NCBI RefSeq assembly: GCF_000738915.1
Contig: NW_026515637.1
Span: forward strand, 310,001 to 374,000
Direction: 5' to 3'
Length of the DNA: 64,000 nucleotides
Source of the DNA: Nematocida ausubeli
Taxonomy: Eukaryota
The translations under genes and the position numbers were made by a program. The notes under the pieces were generated by a model. It did no database searches. It had not been told where the DNA came from and was given only the letters and a program-made list of their open reading frames with translations. Shown here piece by piece: positions 43,024-54,265 of this stretch (position 1 is the stretch's first letter; each line of letters opens with the position of its first letter).

Positions 43024-45768
43024 ATGAGATTCAAATGTCTTGGGCTGCTCTTAGTAGTATATCAGGCATATGGAAGAATTCCCTTTGAACAGATAATGGT
43101 GGCTCAGGATGAAGTTATACTAGATGCAGCGCGAGGGAGCTTATCTATAAATCCAGAAGGGCCGCTGTCTCTGCTAAGAGGATACATATATAACAAGACT
43201 AGACTTATGTATAACAAGAGGTTTTTTTCTGCAGGAATCAAAACAGAGTATAAGCTAGCACCCCAAGAAAAAACTAAAAAAACAGTGGGGCAAATACGAA
43301 GATATAACTTCACACGAACCCCAAAAAATGACAAGTCGTATTTACCAGAGAGTGCCACAAACAAGTATCAGTCATACATTAGTGAGTACAACAGAAGGCT
43401 GATTCTTATGTTTCCTTCTGTAAGCGGGGAGTTATCAATTGAGTCGGGAAAGCAGGACTCGTTTATTGAGTTTCTTCGGTCTGAAAGGGTAAAAGAGAAT
43501 GCTAGCTACATTCTGGCAGCACTACTTCTTCTTTCAGAAAATGTAGATGTACCTCTGACAATTGAGGGGAAAGGAAAAAGTGTAAAGGAAAAAAAGCTTG
43601 TGCTAAGAAAATTTAATGGCGCAGGTGAGTACTTCAACATTGAAATGAAAACACCAGGGAGTAATGCCTGGATGGGTGAGAATAGTAGTGTTGTGCACAA
43701 TGAGTCTAGAGATATTATATTGTTTTTTATAAAAAACAGAAGGCAGACTTTTTTGGAAAGTAAAAAAATACTTGAAGAGCCTAAGACACTAGAAGAGTTT
43801 AATCGTGGATTTTTTCTAAACACACCAAGATTTTTAATTCAAACGTACATATTTGAGTTTATAGATAAGTTAGAGGACGCGCTGGAATTTACAAATGCAG
43901 TACATGCTATGCTATGCGATGCACTTCAGCAAGAAAGCCAGAGAGAAAATGCAGAAAACCCCCAACTAGATGAAGATATGTTTAGGAGATTCTTTATACC
44001 GGCAACTACGAATAAACACCTAAGCTCAGTAGGCATAATAAAAAGCGTGCAGAAGATCATGGAGATCTCTCTTGACTTTCCATTCACAGACGATGTGCAG
44101 CCTCCAAAGTACATTCGAATGAAAAGCTATATACGTAAATTAGACAAATTTGATCCAACCTACATGCAAAAGTATAGTAACTGTGTTGAGACAGCGATAC
44201 TAAGCATTTTTTGCTCTCTTATATATAACCCAGAAATAAAAAAGTATGAAACAGACCATATAGAAGGTGCATCGAAAGACTTCAAAGAATTTTTTAGAAA
44301 GCACAGCAAGCCTTTTAAGGAGATGACGTATGAAATGCACATGCACTGGAGCAAAGTTGTGTCGGACCTGCCATGCAGTAAAATAGTATATCTTAAAAAT
44401 GGAAATGAGCTTGATACAGGTATTTTGAACATGATGAAAGTGATATCTGTAGTGGTTGGGCAGGATCAGGAGAGTATAGATACGCTTGATGAGCTTACTG
44501 AGTGTGTCGAAAAAGGAAGGAATTTGGGCCATGGGTTTGACACTAATATAAAAAATTACATTAGAAAGACTTTTGAGTCTTTGGCCAGAAATAGGCAGTT
44601 AAGTATACAGTTTACCGAACTTAAAAGAGAGTCCGCTGAAAATGGGAACAAGGAACTTTTCGGATCTATTAACCTGAAATATATAAAAAACAAGATGGAA
44701 AGTCAGTTTAATATAGAAATGTTAAAAGGACATGCAAGGACAAGTATTATTACAAACAGCCGTGCTATAGAGACTGCTAGACTAGAGCAGCTTATTAATA
44801 TTAGAAACAAGTTTTTCATCAAAGAGGACGGATTTTTAGACTTTTTGGCCAATCACTATCTTAACTATAAGATACAGAGTATAGAAAGAAAAATGTCTTC
44901 TATAAAAGCCATGTCTGAGGAGGTTAATCAAATAATGAAGGGTGGCTTCAAAGATATAGACAGAATATTATTATATTGGCAGTTGGAAGCCAATGAGTAT
45001 AAATTTAATCTGGTGCTGTGTTTTCTACTAGCATTGATGGATGAGAAGCTAACAACAAAACACCCAGCTGTGCGATTTACTTCTAACATAATAGGAAGTG
45101 CTCCTCTGGATAATAATTGCGTGCACAAGGATATGCTGGCCAGCTTAGTGTACATAGATGCATACACAGAGTGCTACCCAAATCTAGATCTTCCACCTGA
45201 AAGATATGCGGAGATTACAGTGTATACAAGTAGAAGTTTCACGGTATTTAAGTGGATTCTGCTTAACAAAAAGTCTCCAAAGTACTTTATTAAAGCGCTA
45301 ATAGTATTTATAACATCTAAATACGGAGAAATGGCTCCATATAACCCATTGAAGTTTGAGGGTCTATCCAAGCAGATATTTAGATGTTTATTTATAGAAA
45401 ATACGACAGAGTATGCAGATGAAGTGGTAGAACTAGTGAAGAAAAGCAAGTTTATGGGCTCATATGATATAAATATTCTAAGACATTCGTGGTTTGCGTA
45501 TGCGTGTGAAGAAAAAGAAGATTTGCCAGAGCTTATTTACAGTATATACGATTCACTGGAGATAACAGATCATTATAGCGATTTAGGATCTATCCAAATA
45601 ACAGATAATTATAAGAAGACAAACTCTGTTCTTAGAAGAATGAAAAAAGATCTAAAAAGTAGAGAAGGTGGAAAGGCAAAGTGGAAAGGCATTATTAATT
45701 TCTTTAATAGAAGGGAATCTAAGATAAAAAGACTATTTAGACTAAATATAAAAATGTTTTGTTGCTAA
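43024..45768 (+). CDS. Large-gene-family (NemLGF1-like) secreted protein ending in CC
   Basis: Signal peptide MRFKCLGLLLVVYQAYG; INPEGPLSLLRGYI, MYNKRF, MFPS..GELSIE, YSNCVETA, RFTSNIIGSAPL; ends IKMFCC. Confidence 0.88.
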   Translation: MRFKCLGLLLVVYQAYGRIPFEQIMVAQDEVILDAARGSLSINPEGPLSLLRGYIYNKTRLMYNKRFFSAGIKTEYKLAPQEKTKKTVGQIRRYNFTRTPKNDKSYLPESATNKYQSYISEYNRRLILMFPSVSGELSIESGKQDSFIEFLRSERVKENASYILAALLLLSENVDVPLTIEGKGKSVKEKKLVLRKFNGAGEYFNIEMKTPGSNAWMGENSSVVHNESRDIILFFIKNRRQTFLESKKILEEPKTLEEFNRGFFLNTPRFLIQTYIFEFIDKLEDALEFTNAVHAMLCDALQQESQRENAENPQLDEDMFRRFFIPATTNKHLSSVGIIKSVQKIMEISLDFPFTDDVQPPKYIRMKSYIRKLDKFDPTYMQKYSNCVETAILSIFCSLIYNPEIKKYETDHIEGASKDFKEFFRKHSKPFKEMTYEMHMHWSKVVSDLPCSKIVYLKNGNELDTGILNMMKVISVVVGQDQESIDTLDELTECVEKGRNLGHGFDTNIKNYIRKTFESLARNRQLSIQFTELKRESAENGNKELFGSINLKYIKNKMESQFNIEMLKGHARTSIITNSRAIETARLEQLINIRNKFFIKEDGFLDFLANHYLNYKIQSIERKMSSIKAMSEEVNQIMKGGFKDIDRILLYWQLEANEYKFNLVLCFLLALMDEKLTTKHPAVRFTSNIIGSAPLDNNCVHKDMLASLVYIDAYTECYPNLDLPPERYAEITVYTSRSFTVFKWILLNKKSPKYFIKALIVFITSKYGEMAPYNPLKFEGLSKQIFRCLFIENTTEYADEVVELVKKSKFMGSYDINILRHSWFAYACEEKEDLPELIYSIYDSLEITDHYSDLGSIQITDNYKKTNSVLRRMKKDLKSREGGKAKWKGIINFFNRRESKIKRLFRLNIKMFCC

Positions 45769-46385
45769 AATATTCCCATATAAAAATAAATATAAGCTGT
45801 CCATATGTCTCTCTTGTAAATATACACAAATTATTTTTCTATAAAAAAATAACTATTCAAGGCTAGCACGTACTTTTTAATAGAACTTGTGCTATAAGAG
45901 AACAGAATTTGACGAGGAGCTTGTTTTTTAGATCTAAAGAGCCTGCTTTATAGAGCGCATTAGGGCCTTGGATATTTAAAAAAGTAGTCCAATGAATGCA
46001 GACGTGCCAGACCCTGACATAAAATGCTAAAAACAATTTACTTCTTGAAAATCACTCTCTACGTAGAGCAAATATATAATGCAGAGCTTCTGTGCATACA
46101 TAGAAGACCATTGTATAAATATTTTCTGAATTTATTTTCTTAAGCACTATGTAAAGTATGCTAGATAGGCTAGATGCCTTAGTGCATGCTGCTGCGGAAA
46201 TATGCATACTTCTGTATATAAATTGACATGTTGAATTTGCATATATTGTCCATATATGTATGCATACAAGAAGAAAAAGAAAGGCTTATGAGGGTGTGCT
46301 TGTTTATATTTGGCTTTATTTCCTGTGCGCTTAAATACTAATGCTATAAATATGTGAGAGATGCAGATCGTTTAGCTCTCTCTAC

Positions 46386-47678
46386 TTACTTTGATTTTGA
46401 CTTTCGGTCTCTTCCATGATCCTTCTTTGCAGATTTCGTTCCCTGTTTTCCCTTTTTAAACTCTTTGATCTTCTTTCCCACGCCTTCTTCCTTCATATCC
46501 ATAGCAGCCTCTCGTTTGGCCTGATCAACACTATCAACTAGGCTGTATATCAGCTCACTTGACACAGAATATTCATCCATTTTCTTGTTCAGCTTGACCT
46601 CTAGCTTTCTAAAATCATCCACATCATACTGCGTAACAAGTGTAATAGAGCTCCCTACTTCACCTGCACGCCCTGTGCGCCCAATTCTGTGAATGTATTC
46701 CTTGTGGCCATCTGGCATATCATAGTTTATAATGACTTTGATGCCATCCATATCCATTCCTCTAGCTACTACGTCAGTTGATATAAGAATTGAGTGCTTT
46801 CCTCTCCTAAACATCTCTATCGTTTCAGTCCTGATATCCTGAGTTTTGTTTCCATGGATGCTGCAGACAGACTCTCCAAGGAATCGAAGGATTCTTTCTA
46901 TTCTCTCTGCCGTGATGCACGTCTTAACAAAAACAATGCACTTTCTAGACCCAAGGTTGTGCACAATACTGTATAAGTACATCTCCTTATACTTCTGCGG
47001 AAGATAGATGTATTGCTGCAAGATGTTCTCTGGAATACCTTCATCTTTCTGCACGTTGTACAGCAAAGGATTATTCATTCTCTTTTCCTTAAAGGCATTA
47101 ACACGTTTTGTTAAGGTGGCACTGAAAAGGAATGTGTACTTTGGGGATATCATCTCCAGTATGTTGTTTATGTCCCCATCAAAGTCGTTGTCTAAAAGCC
47201 TGTCGCATTCATCTAACACAAGATATTTGAACGAGGAGACAGATATTCCTTTGGTGTTCCGCAGGTGGTGGTTAATTCTTCCTGGAGTACCAATGACAAT
47301 ATGCGGCCTGGCTGCCAGACTTTTCCCTTGGCTAAGCAGATCCGTTGCTCCTATAAGCAGGCTAGTACGAAGACCTATCTCTGCCCCAATATCCGCGAGA
47401 ACGGCATGCACCTGCTGTGATAACTCTCTTGTTGGAAGAATAACCATAGCATAGAAGTATTTGTCGTCCTGCAACAAAGTGTGCATAATAGGCAGCAAAT
47501 ATGCTAGTGTTTTCCCTGTTCCTGTGTTTGATATTGCCAAGATACTCTGCCTGTTGACTAGATTGGTGAGCATGAGCTTCTGTATCTCTGTTGGCTGGGT
47601 AATTCCCTTTTTAGCAAGTGCCTCAACAAGCGAGGTGTCAAGCGTGTACTCTGCAAATGTCTTTTTTTCTTCTGGCAT
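46386..47678 (-). CDS. RRP3: DEAD-box rRNA helicase Rrp3/DDX47
   Basis: TGTGKT, PTRELS, RPHIVIGTPGR, DECD, SAT, YIHRIGRTGRAG, ITLVTQYDV. Confidence 0.88.
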   Translation of the reverse strand: MPEEKKTFAEYTLDTSLVEALAKKGITQPTEIQKLMLTNLVNRQSILAISNTGTGKTLAYLLPIMHTLLQDDKYFYAMVILPTRELSQQVHAVLADIGAEIGLRTSLLIGATDLLSQGKSLAARPHIVIGTPGRINHHLRNTKGISVSSFKYLVLDECDRLLDNDFDGDINNILEMISPKYTFLFSATLTKRVNAFKEKRMNNPLLYNVQKDEGIPENILQQYIYLPQKYKEMYLYSIVHNLGSRKCIVFVKTCITAERIERILRFLGESVCSIHGNKTQDIRTETIEMFRRGKHSILISTDVVARGMDMDGIKVIINYDMPDGHKEYIHRIGRTGRAGEVGSSITLVTQYDVDDFRKLEVKLNKKMDEYSVSSELIYSLVDSVDQAKREAAMDMKEEGVGKKIKEFKKGKQGTKSAKKDHGRDRKSKSK

Positions 47679-48020
47679 AAAACTAACTTGTAAAAATTTT
47701 ATGCGCCTCCGTTATGTTTCTATGCACTAACTCTGAAGTGGCATGTTCCGATAGAAATTCTTGCAGCCCGCCCTATGAAGGGTATCTGAGAGAAGCCGTA
47801 AACTAACTATTTTAAAAGAGAGTGTAGGTGCATGAAGTCAAAAAGAAAAAGAAAGATATCCACTGGCTGACAAGACACAGACGTAATTGGTGATGTGTAG
47901 AATTGAAGCATGCTATTCGTCTATTTGGAGAGAAATAACCAATTGAAAAAAGAGAAATGTCCAATTGAAAGCATTATTTTTTCCCATGGCAATATAAAAA
48001 TAGTATCAGGCTGCCCCTTT

Positions 48021-50006
48021 ATGGATAGCAAGGAAGATGAGAACAAAGATGTTTCTAATATTCTGGAAAAGCCAGGTCAGCAGTTAAAGAAGCTGGTGAC
48101 AAAGCCTGCACAGGGGCGAGACACAAAGATAGATGAAGACTCTGAGAAAAGTGATGACGACTCAACGCATCAAATAACCCATGGGGAAGAAATACTTGAG
48201 GCAGTGAAAGAAGAAAACAAACTGAAGAAGGAAAGGAGCAAGCGCAACAAAAGAAAGGTTTTGGACGATCTTGATAGCAAAGAGCAATTTTCTTTTTTTA
48301 ACATCCTTGCGTACATTGAGACAAGTATGTCTGGTTTCTACTTCTATCTAGCCACTCTCTCGTATCTTATAGTTGGGTGCTTTGCAATTATGGTATGGCC
48401 ATGTGCAGTTCTTCTTATAGAGAAATCCCATGTGCCAAATATTTTTAAGCCAATTTCTAAGTACAGTGGAATAACAGCCTCTCAGATTAACTTCAAGCTT
48501 GGGCTGTTTCTGTGTGCTGTGTTTTTGAGTTATGTTGTGATATATCTGATCGCGAATCGGGTTGTGTTCATATATGCAATGATCTGCGACATTATCAATC
48601 ACAAGATAAGCAGCGATGGGAAGATCATTCTGTTCATCATTGATGATATAAAACAGATTATTGCGCTGCTTGGCGTGAGTATCTCTGCAGTCATTTACTG
48701 TAACATATTCATGGAGGAGTACTCTTTGACTAAAATGGAAGTGCGTGGGTATGGAAGGCTGGGCGGATACTCTGTGTGTGCATCCTTTTTGCTTATGTTT
48801 TTCATTCTGGAGAAGTTTTGCCTAAAGCTTGCTGTTGCGTACTGCGGAAATAACGTATTCTCTGGAAGAATTGGGGACGTCAATCTGAAGACATCAATAC
48901 TCAGAAGGCTTGCCCAGTACTCACAGGCAATAAATGTAAGAGGAGGAAGTGATCTAGGATCAGAGATGCTGGAAGGCATTGAGATTACAAACACCTTTTT
49001 GGTGCACTTTCCAGACTTCAAGATAAAGTCAAAAGTGCAGTGCGAGGAGATTGTGTATGAGATTTTATCAAGAGTGTCTCCAGGAGAGATCTCAGAAGAT
49101 GCTTCAAATTCGTCCCAAGGCGCATCAGACCCGCGGCTGAATCTGCACATCACAATTGACAATATAAGAGAGGCCTTTAATACGCAGTGGATGGATATTT
49201 GGAAATACTTGGAAGAGCATGAGTATGTAAAGGAAATCAATGGAAATTCTGTCATCACTGGAAAAAGCCTTTTGGATATGGCAACTTCAGTGTACGGCGA
49301 GAAAATAGACTTGAAAAGAACCCTGTATGACAGAGACAAGATACTTGGGGCCCTGGACAATATTCTGCAGGTAATTGCCCTTATTCTTACTCTTATGATC
49401 AGTACGCCCTTTATTGGGTATGACCCAGTGAAGACTCTTGCTGGTTTTGTGCCTCTGCTTATGAGTTCAGGATGGCTGTTCGCTGACATTATTAAGGATG
49501 TCTTTAATAACTTCATCTTTTTGCTGCACGAGCATGCCTTTGATGTTGGGGATAAAGTACTTCTGAAGGATAATGAATTCACTGTTCTCAGAATAGACCT
49601 TATGTATAGCACATTCACCTCGAAGGGAGGCACTGTGTGCTACATTCCAAACAAAGAGCTGATAAAAGAGTCAATCTTTAACATACGGAGAAGTGATATA
49701 CAGACAGAGCTAGTGGTGTTTATAATAAAGGATGAAATATCCATTGAGAAGCTGGATGAGATCAAGGAGAAGATAATAAATATATTGAAGAGAAAGGAGC
49801 TCGACAGCAAGAAGCGCATCGGCATACAGGATTATGAAACAAAGTCGCAGACCACTGTAGTCACATTCAGAATCGAGTATCTGTGCAACTTCAGGGACCC
49901 TGAGCCAAAGTTCACACGAAGACACATTCCTTTGGAAATTATTCAAAAAGGTATTATTTCTGCTGGCTGTTCATACATGGAGCAGAAAGCACAGAGCACT
50001 GTATAA
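48021..50006 (+). CDS. MscS-family mechanosensitive channel (eukaryotic type)
   Basis: Several TM segments then IFLLHEHAFDVGDKV, YIPN and IFNIRRS; ATG 48021 after a CCCC motif, with 47910 as an alternative start. Confidence 0.88.
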   Translation: MDSKEDENKDVSNILEKPGQQLKKLVTKPAQGRDTKIDEDSEKSDDDSTHQITHGEEILEAVKEENKLKKERSKRNKRKVLDDLDSKEQFSFFNILAYIETSMSGFYFYLATLSYLIVGCFAIMVWPCAVLLIEKSHVPNIFKPISKYSGITASQINFKLGLFLCAVFLSYVVIYLIANRVVFIYAMICDIINHKISSDGKIILFIIDDIKQIIALLGVSISAVIYCNIFMEEYSLTKMEVRGYGRLGGYSVCASFLLMFFILEKFCLKLAVAYCGNNVFSGRIGDVNLKTSILRRLAQYSQAINVRGGSDLGSEMLEGIEITNTFLVHFPDFKIKSKVQCEEIVYEILSRVSPGEISEDASNSSQGASDPRLNLHITIDNIREAFNTQWMDIWKYLEEHEYVKEINGNSVITGKSLLDMATSVYGEKIDLKRTLYDRDKILGALDNILQVIALILTLMISTPFIGYDPVKTLAGFVPLLMSSGWLFADIIKDVFNNFIFLLHEHAFDVGDKVLLKDNEFTVLRIDLMYSTFTSKGGTVCYIPNKELIKESIFNIRRSDIQTELVVFIIKDEISIEKLDEIKEKIINILKRKELDSKKRIGIQDYETKSQTTVVTFRIEYLCNFRDPEPKFTRRHIPLEIIQKGIISAGCSYMEQKAQSTV

Positions 50007-50379
50007 AATAAAGAATACTTTCTATTTAAGCATGCAAGCATCTATATGTTTGCTAGTTTTATTGCAGCTATATATCTATAATCACAATAAGCCTGTATAT
50101 CTAGCTGAAATTGCGTATAGACAGCAGCCATACAAGTTTAAATAATATGCAGCACAGAATAATGAGGGACTTCTGTAAATTTACTTTACACAGATACATC
50201 CATAGGCAGACAGCACACTCATATATTTTATGCACCACAAGGTTACTAATTTATTTAGAAGATTAGCCACATTATGCAGTATATAGCACCCATCTCTCTT
50301 AGAGAATTATAGACTAGATATTTCAAAAGCAGTCAGCAGTGAGTACTAGCTATAAATTACAGCATATTTTAAATTTTTT

Positions 50380-51699
50380 ATGATTGACTTAAGCCTGCTC
50401 AGAAATAAAGACACACGGAAATTGGTCATGGAGAGTGAGTCCAACAGATTCCGAGGAACAGAAAGGGCTGCAAAAGTGGTAGATATGATAGAAGAAAGAA
50501 TAAAAATAAGATATACTATGGAGCAGCTGAATAAAGAAATGAATAACCTCACGCGAGAAACAATGAAGTACTTCAAGGTCAAAAAAGAAGAAACTCCAGA
50601 AGAGAAGAAAAACAAAGAGGAACTTTTGGCAAAGATAGCAGAGGTGAAGGGGAAGAAGGCAGCATGCGCAGTGGAGCTAAACATAAAAGAAGAGGAAACA
50701 AACAATGTGGCCAGAGAAATAGGAAACATTCTGGACAAGAGTGTCTTCATTCATGATGACGAGGACAACAACCCAGTTATCACGCAGACTGAGAAAAGAG
50801 ACAAAGAGTTCTGGCCAAAGGAACTTCTTTCGTACGACCAAGTGCTTGATAAGCTGGGGGTTGTGGACACAGAAAGAGGCACAAAAATAGCAGGGCACAG
50901 AGGATACTTTTTAAGAGGAGCTGGTGTGGTGCTTACACAGAGTCTTATTCGGTATGCAATGGACTTCCTGCGTAAAAGCGACTATACTCTGATACAGACG
51001 CCTTTTATGATGAGTAGAGAGTCCATGAAGAAAACATCACAGCTAAGCGACTTTGACGACCAGCTGTACAAAATAGATGGAACCAACGACCTCTATCTAA
51101 TAGCAACCTCTGAGCAGCCTCTCTCTGCCCAGCATGAAGGAGAGTGGCTGAAGGAGTCAGAGCTCCCAATCAAGTACTGCGGGTACTCAACGTGCTTCAG
51201 AAAGGAGGCAGGTGCGCACGGAAAAGACAACAGAGGAATATTCCGAGTCCATCAGTTTGAAAAGATCGAGCAGTTTTTGATTACATCCCCAGAGGAAAGT
51301 GAAAATGAGTTCAATAAGATGGTTGACAGATCAAAGGCATTCTATGACTCGCTGGGACTTTCCTACAGAGTTGTGTCAATTGTGTCTGGTGCTTTAAATA
51401 ATGCAGCTGCAATCAAGTATGATCTGGAGGCTCTCTTCCCTGCCTCCCAGAGATATAGAGAGCTAGTTTCATGCTCTAACTGCACAGACTACCAGAGCAG
51501 AGATCTGAATGTGCGATACCGGCCAAACGAAAGCACTGAAGAGAAACAGTTTGTTCACATGCTGAATGGAACCCTCTGTGCTATCCAAAGAACTCTTTGC
51601 TGTCTGGTAGAGAACTATCAAACAGAAGGAGGCCTGATTGTTCCTGAAGTTCTAGTGCCATACGTTGGCGAGTCCTTCATTCCCTTTGTTCGAGAGTAG
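50380..51699 (+). CDS. SES1: Seryl-tRNA synthetase
   Basis: LIATSEQP, CFRKEAGAHG, GIFRVHQFEKIE, ELVSCSNCTDYQSR, HMLNGT. Confidence 0.97.
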   Translation: MIDLSLLRNKDTRKLVMESESNRFRGTERAAKVVDMIEERIKIRYTMEQLNKEMNNLTRETMKYFKVKKEETPEEKKNKEELLAKIAEVKGKKAACAVELNIKEEETNNVAREIGNILDKSVFIHDDEDNNPVITQTEKRDKEFWPKELLSYDQVLDKLGVVDTERGTKIAGHRGYFLRGAGVVLTQSLIRYAMDFLRKSDYTLIQTPFMMSRESMKKTSQLSDFDDQLYKIDGTNDLYLIATSEQPLSAQHEGEWLKESELPIKYCGYSTCFRKEAGAHGKDNRGIFRVHQFEKIEQFLITSPEESENEFNKMVDRSKAFYDSLGLSYRVVSIVSGALNNAAAIKYDLEALFPASQRYRELVSCSNCTDYQSRDLNVRYRPNESTEEKQFVHMLNGTLCAIQRTLCCLVENYQTEGGLIVPEVLVPYVGESFIPFVRE

Positions 51700-51842
51700 T
51701 CTGCAGGCTGACTGCGTGCAAGGAAAAGCAGCTGAAAGCAAGCATGGCAGTGAAGAAGCCAAAATACAAATTCGGGTTATTCAGATATTATGTTTTCAAG
51801 TAAATAGCTTATCGTTATATTATGCTAGGGCTTTATTATAAG

Positions 51843-53939
51843 TTAGTCGCTGTCTACTGGCTTGTTTTTGTTTTTCTTTGTTTTCACTTTGCGAGCAAAT
51901 AGTGACTTGTCTCCTCTCTTTACAACCTCTGCATGGGAAAGCTTTGAGTTCCCTATGACTGTTAGCTCCATCTCTTTATCTGTGATGTTTTTGATGTATT
52001 TCCGGAAGGAAGGTCTCTCCAGCTCAGCAATTGCAAGGAGCTCTTTTATGACCATGCCCTTCTTGGAAGATCCAGGAAGAAGTCTGCACTTCTTTCCAGC
52101 AAGATATTTATACGGGCCCACAACAGGAATTGCATACTCAACTGCCTCCTCCTCCTGGGGATCAGCTGTAAAACCTGTTACCTTTCTGTTGTCATCAGAT
52201 ATAGTTATCTCTTCGTCTTCTATCTTGTATATCAGCGAAAACCCGTACTCTAGCCTGGTTGGATGGTAGAACTCTTTCTTGCCTGTGATCATGAAGCTTC
52301 CGTGTGTTAAGTACTCACCTGCAGGCGCTGTTTTACTGACCTGATCACCCCGCACGCAATACACCTCTGTGATAAGATTATTCTCCCATGCCTTGGAGAG
52401 GTGCATGGCCATTGAGGCTGCAATCTCTTTTGTGTGATCCGTTGCATGCTCCCCAACGATTACACTTGACCCTCCCCTGATATCTGCGTGGAAGTAATAG
52501 TCTGTATCCAGCAGATACTTTTTAACTAGAATTTCATTCTGCTTTGAGTCTCTTCCTGCTATAATGAGGTCTGAGTCTTTTGTGATAAACCATCTGAACT
52601 TCTCAAACCAGAAGGGATTTCTCTCAATCTTTTCAATTTTCTCGACCTTACTTGCTATCTCAACTTCTTTATGCTTGCTCTCATCCAAAGCCTTTCTTGT
52701 TTTCTTAAGCTTTTCTTCTATTTTCTTTGCCTTTTGGTAGAGCATGTTAATCTGCTCGAATATTGACTTTGTATAGTCAATGGAGACTGCTTTTTTGTCC
52801 AGTGTCAGATCGACTGTTTTATTCCCAAAGTTGACCTTTTTGATGATCTGCGCAGTCGGGTTCGTATCTTTTTCTGTTTCTCTGAATCTCTCAAACTCCT
52901 TTTCAGAGAGGCTTGCTGCATTTGCTGCCTCAATCACTGAAATGACATTCTTTACCTCTGTCTGATTTTCTGAAAGAAGCTCTGCCTTGTCCTTCAGAAT
53001 TGTCATTTCTTCAATCTTCTTATGCAGATCCCTTTCCTGTGCCTCTCTTATTTTCCTCTGCTTCTTTTGGGAGGCTGTCTCTGTTATCTCCTGCACATTA
53101 AACACTGCATCCATGGCAGCCCCAAACCCTTCAAACTCTTGTATTTTCTGCCCGGGATTGGGATACTTCTCTTTCCACGGCGAAAACATAGTTGGCTTCT
53201 CTCCATCATAGTACACCACACCGTAGTCCCCAACACTTGTCAGCTTATTAAAGACTTCTGTAAAGAAGTGGTTAAATACCTCTATGAATTCAGTGGACTT
53301 ATTTTCTATCTCTTTCTCTATGAGTGCCAGCTGCAGAGGAGTATCCATCCCTAGCTTTTCCCTGAACACAACAGACATATCTGCAATTACATCATCTACC
53401 ACACGCCCTGAAAGCGACAGAAAGTTAGAGATCTTTTTCTTTAACGTGTCTCCTTTCACATAGCAAAACCTATCTATGTCTAACGTAAGCTCTGGCTGAT
53501 TCACGGGATACACTCCCTCCTTTACTATTCCCAAGTGCTCAACTGGCCTCAGCAGATTTATAATGTTCAGTTCTTCATCTGTCAGGATTATATTTCCATT
53601 CGCATACATCTCCACAATAAGCAGTCTGCACCCCTTTCCAGACCGTATCTTTATAACAGCCACCCTGTCAAACCCTAACTGCGTAATCTTCTCAACCCGA
53701 TAGTTGCTTATTTCCCGGCGCAAATAAAGTGCAAGTGGGGTCAAATTGACCTTCTCATAGCTCTTGTGTGTCAAATGGAACTTACTTGGTGGGTCTATCA
53801 GCAGCTGGTCTTTGTTGCTGAATTTAATAAGAATTGCCTTTTTGCTTGTGCTGTACACTGTTTTTATGTGGCATCCATTGATCTTCTCAAGCTCATTTAC
53901 CCCCGCTCTGATGTCAAGCCAAGATAGTCTTCCCTTCAT
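51843..53939 (-). CDS. RQC2: Ribosome quality control factor Rqc2/NEMF (NFACT family)
   Basis: LGFDRV, EMYANGNIILTD, WFEKFRWFIT, GRDSKQNE, QVSKTAPAGEYL..GSFMI. Confidence 0.93.
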   Translation of the reverse strand: MKGRLSWLDIRAGVNELEKINGCHIKTVYSTSKKAILIKFSNKDQLLIDPPSKFHLTHKSYEKVNLTPLALYLRREISNYRVEKITQLGFDRVAVIKIRSGKGCRLLIVEMYANGNIILTDEELNIINLLRPVEHLGIVKEGVYPVNQPELTLDIDRFCYVKGDTLKKKISNFLSLSGRVVDDVIADMSVVFREKLGMDTPLQLALIEKEIENKSTEFIEVFNHFFTEVFNKLTSVGDYGVVYYDGEKPTMFSPWKEKYPNPGQKIQEFEGFGAAMDAVFNVQEITETASQKKQRKIREAQERDLHKKIEEMTILKDKAELLSENQTEVKNVISVIEAANAASLSEKEFERFRETEKDTNPTAQIIKKVNFGNKTVDLTLDKKAVSIDYTKSIFEQINMLYQKAKKIEEKLKKTRKALDESKHKEVEIASKVEKIEKIERNPFWFEKFRWFITKDSDLIIAGRDSKQNEILVKKYLLDTDYYFHADIRGGSSVIVGEHATDHTKEIAASMAMHLSKAWENNLITEVYCVRGDQVSKTAPAGEYLTHGSFMITGKKEFYHPTRLEYGFSLIYKIEDEEITISDDNRKVTGFTADPQEEEAVEYAIPVVGPYKYLAGKKCRLLPGSSKKGMVIKELLAIAELERPSFRKYIKNITDKEMELTVIGNSKLSHAEVVKRGDKSLFARKVKTKKNKNKPVDSD

Positions 53940-54265
53940 ATAAAAATAATAAAAGAATAGTTTAAATGCGTTACTACAGGGCTTTCTGTCTAAATTTGCT
54001 GTCCACTAGCAATTATGCAGACTACACAATCACACAGAAAAGCCACTCAACTGCGCATTACAAAGCATTGCCTGAATAGTGCAATAATTCTGTATAGAAA
54101 TGCGTATTTATTGTATCTTTAAAGTGCAGTCAGCACCATACTCTTTTTCTTTACATTAAGTCTTTGTTCTTGTAGAGTGAAAATCCATACTGTATTTCTT
54201 TATCTTGAACTTACTGCTTTTATTCTGGATCCTGAAAATGTGGTAGCTTGCTGCTTTATCTTTAG

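Noticed and set aside
47195..47220. DECD instead of DEAD in RRP3
   Set aside because: A tolerated motif II variant in active helicases such as Sub2/UAP56.
48695..49633. 312-aa minus-strand ORF and the many other short ORFs nested in known genes
   Set aside because: Antisense or alternative frames of well-supported genes, with no motifs of their own.
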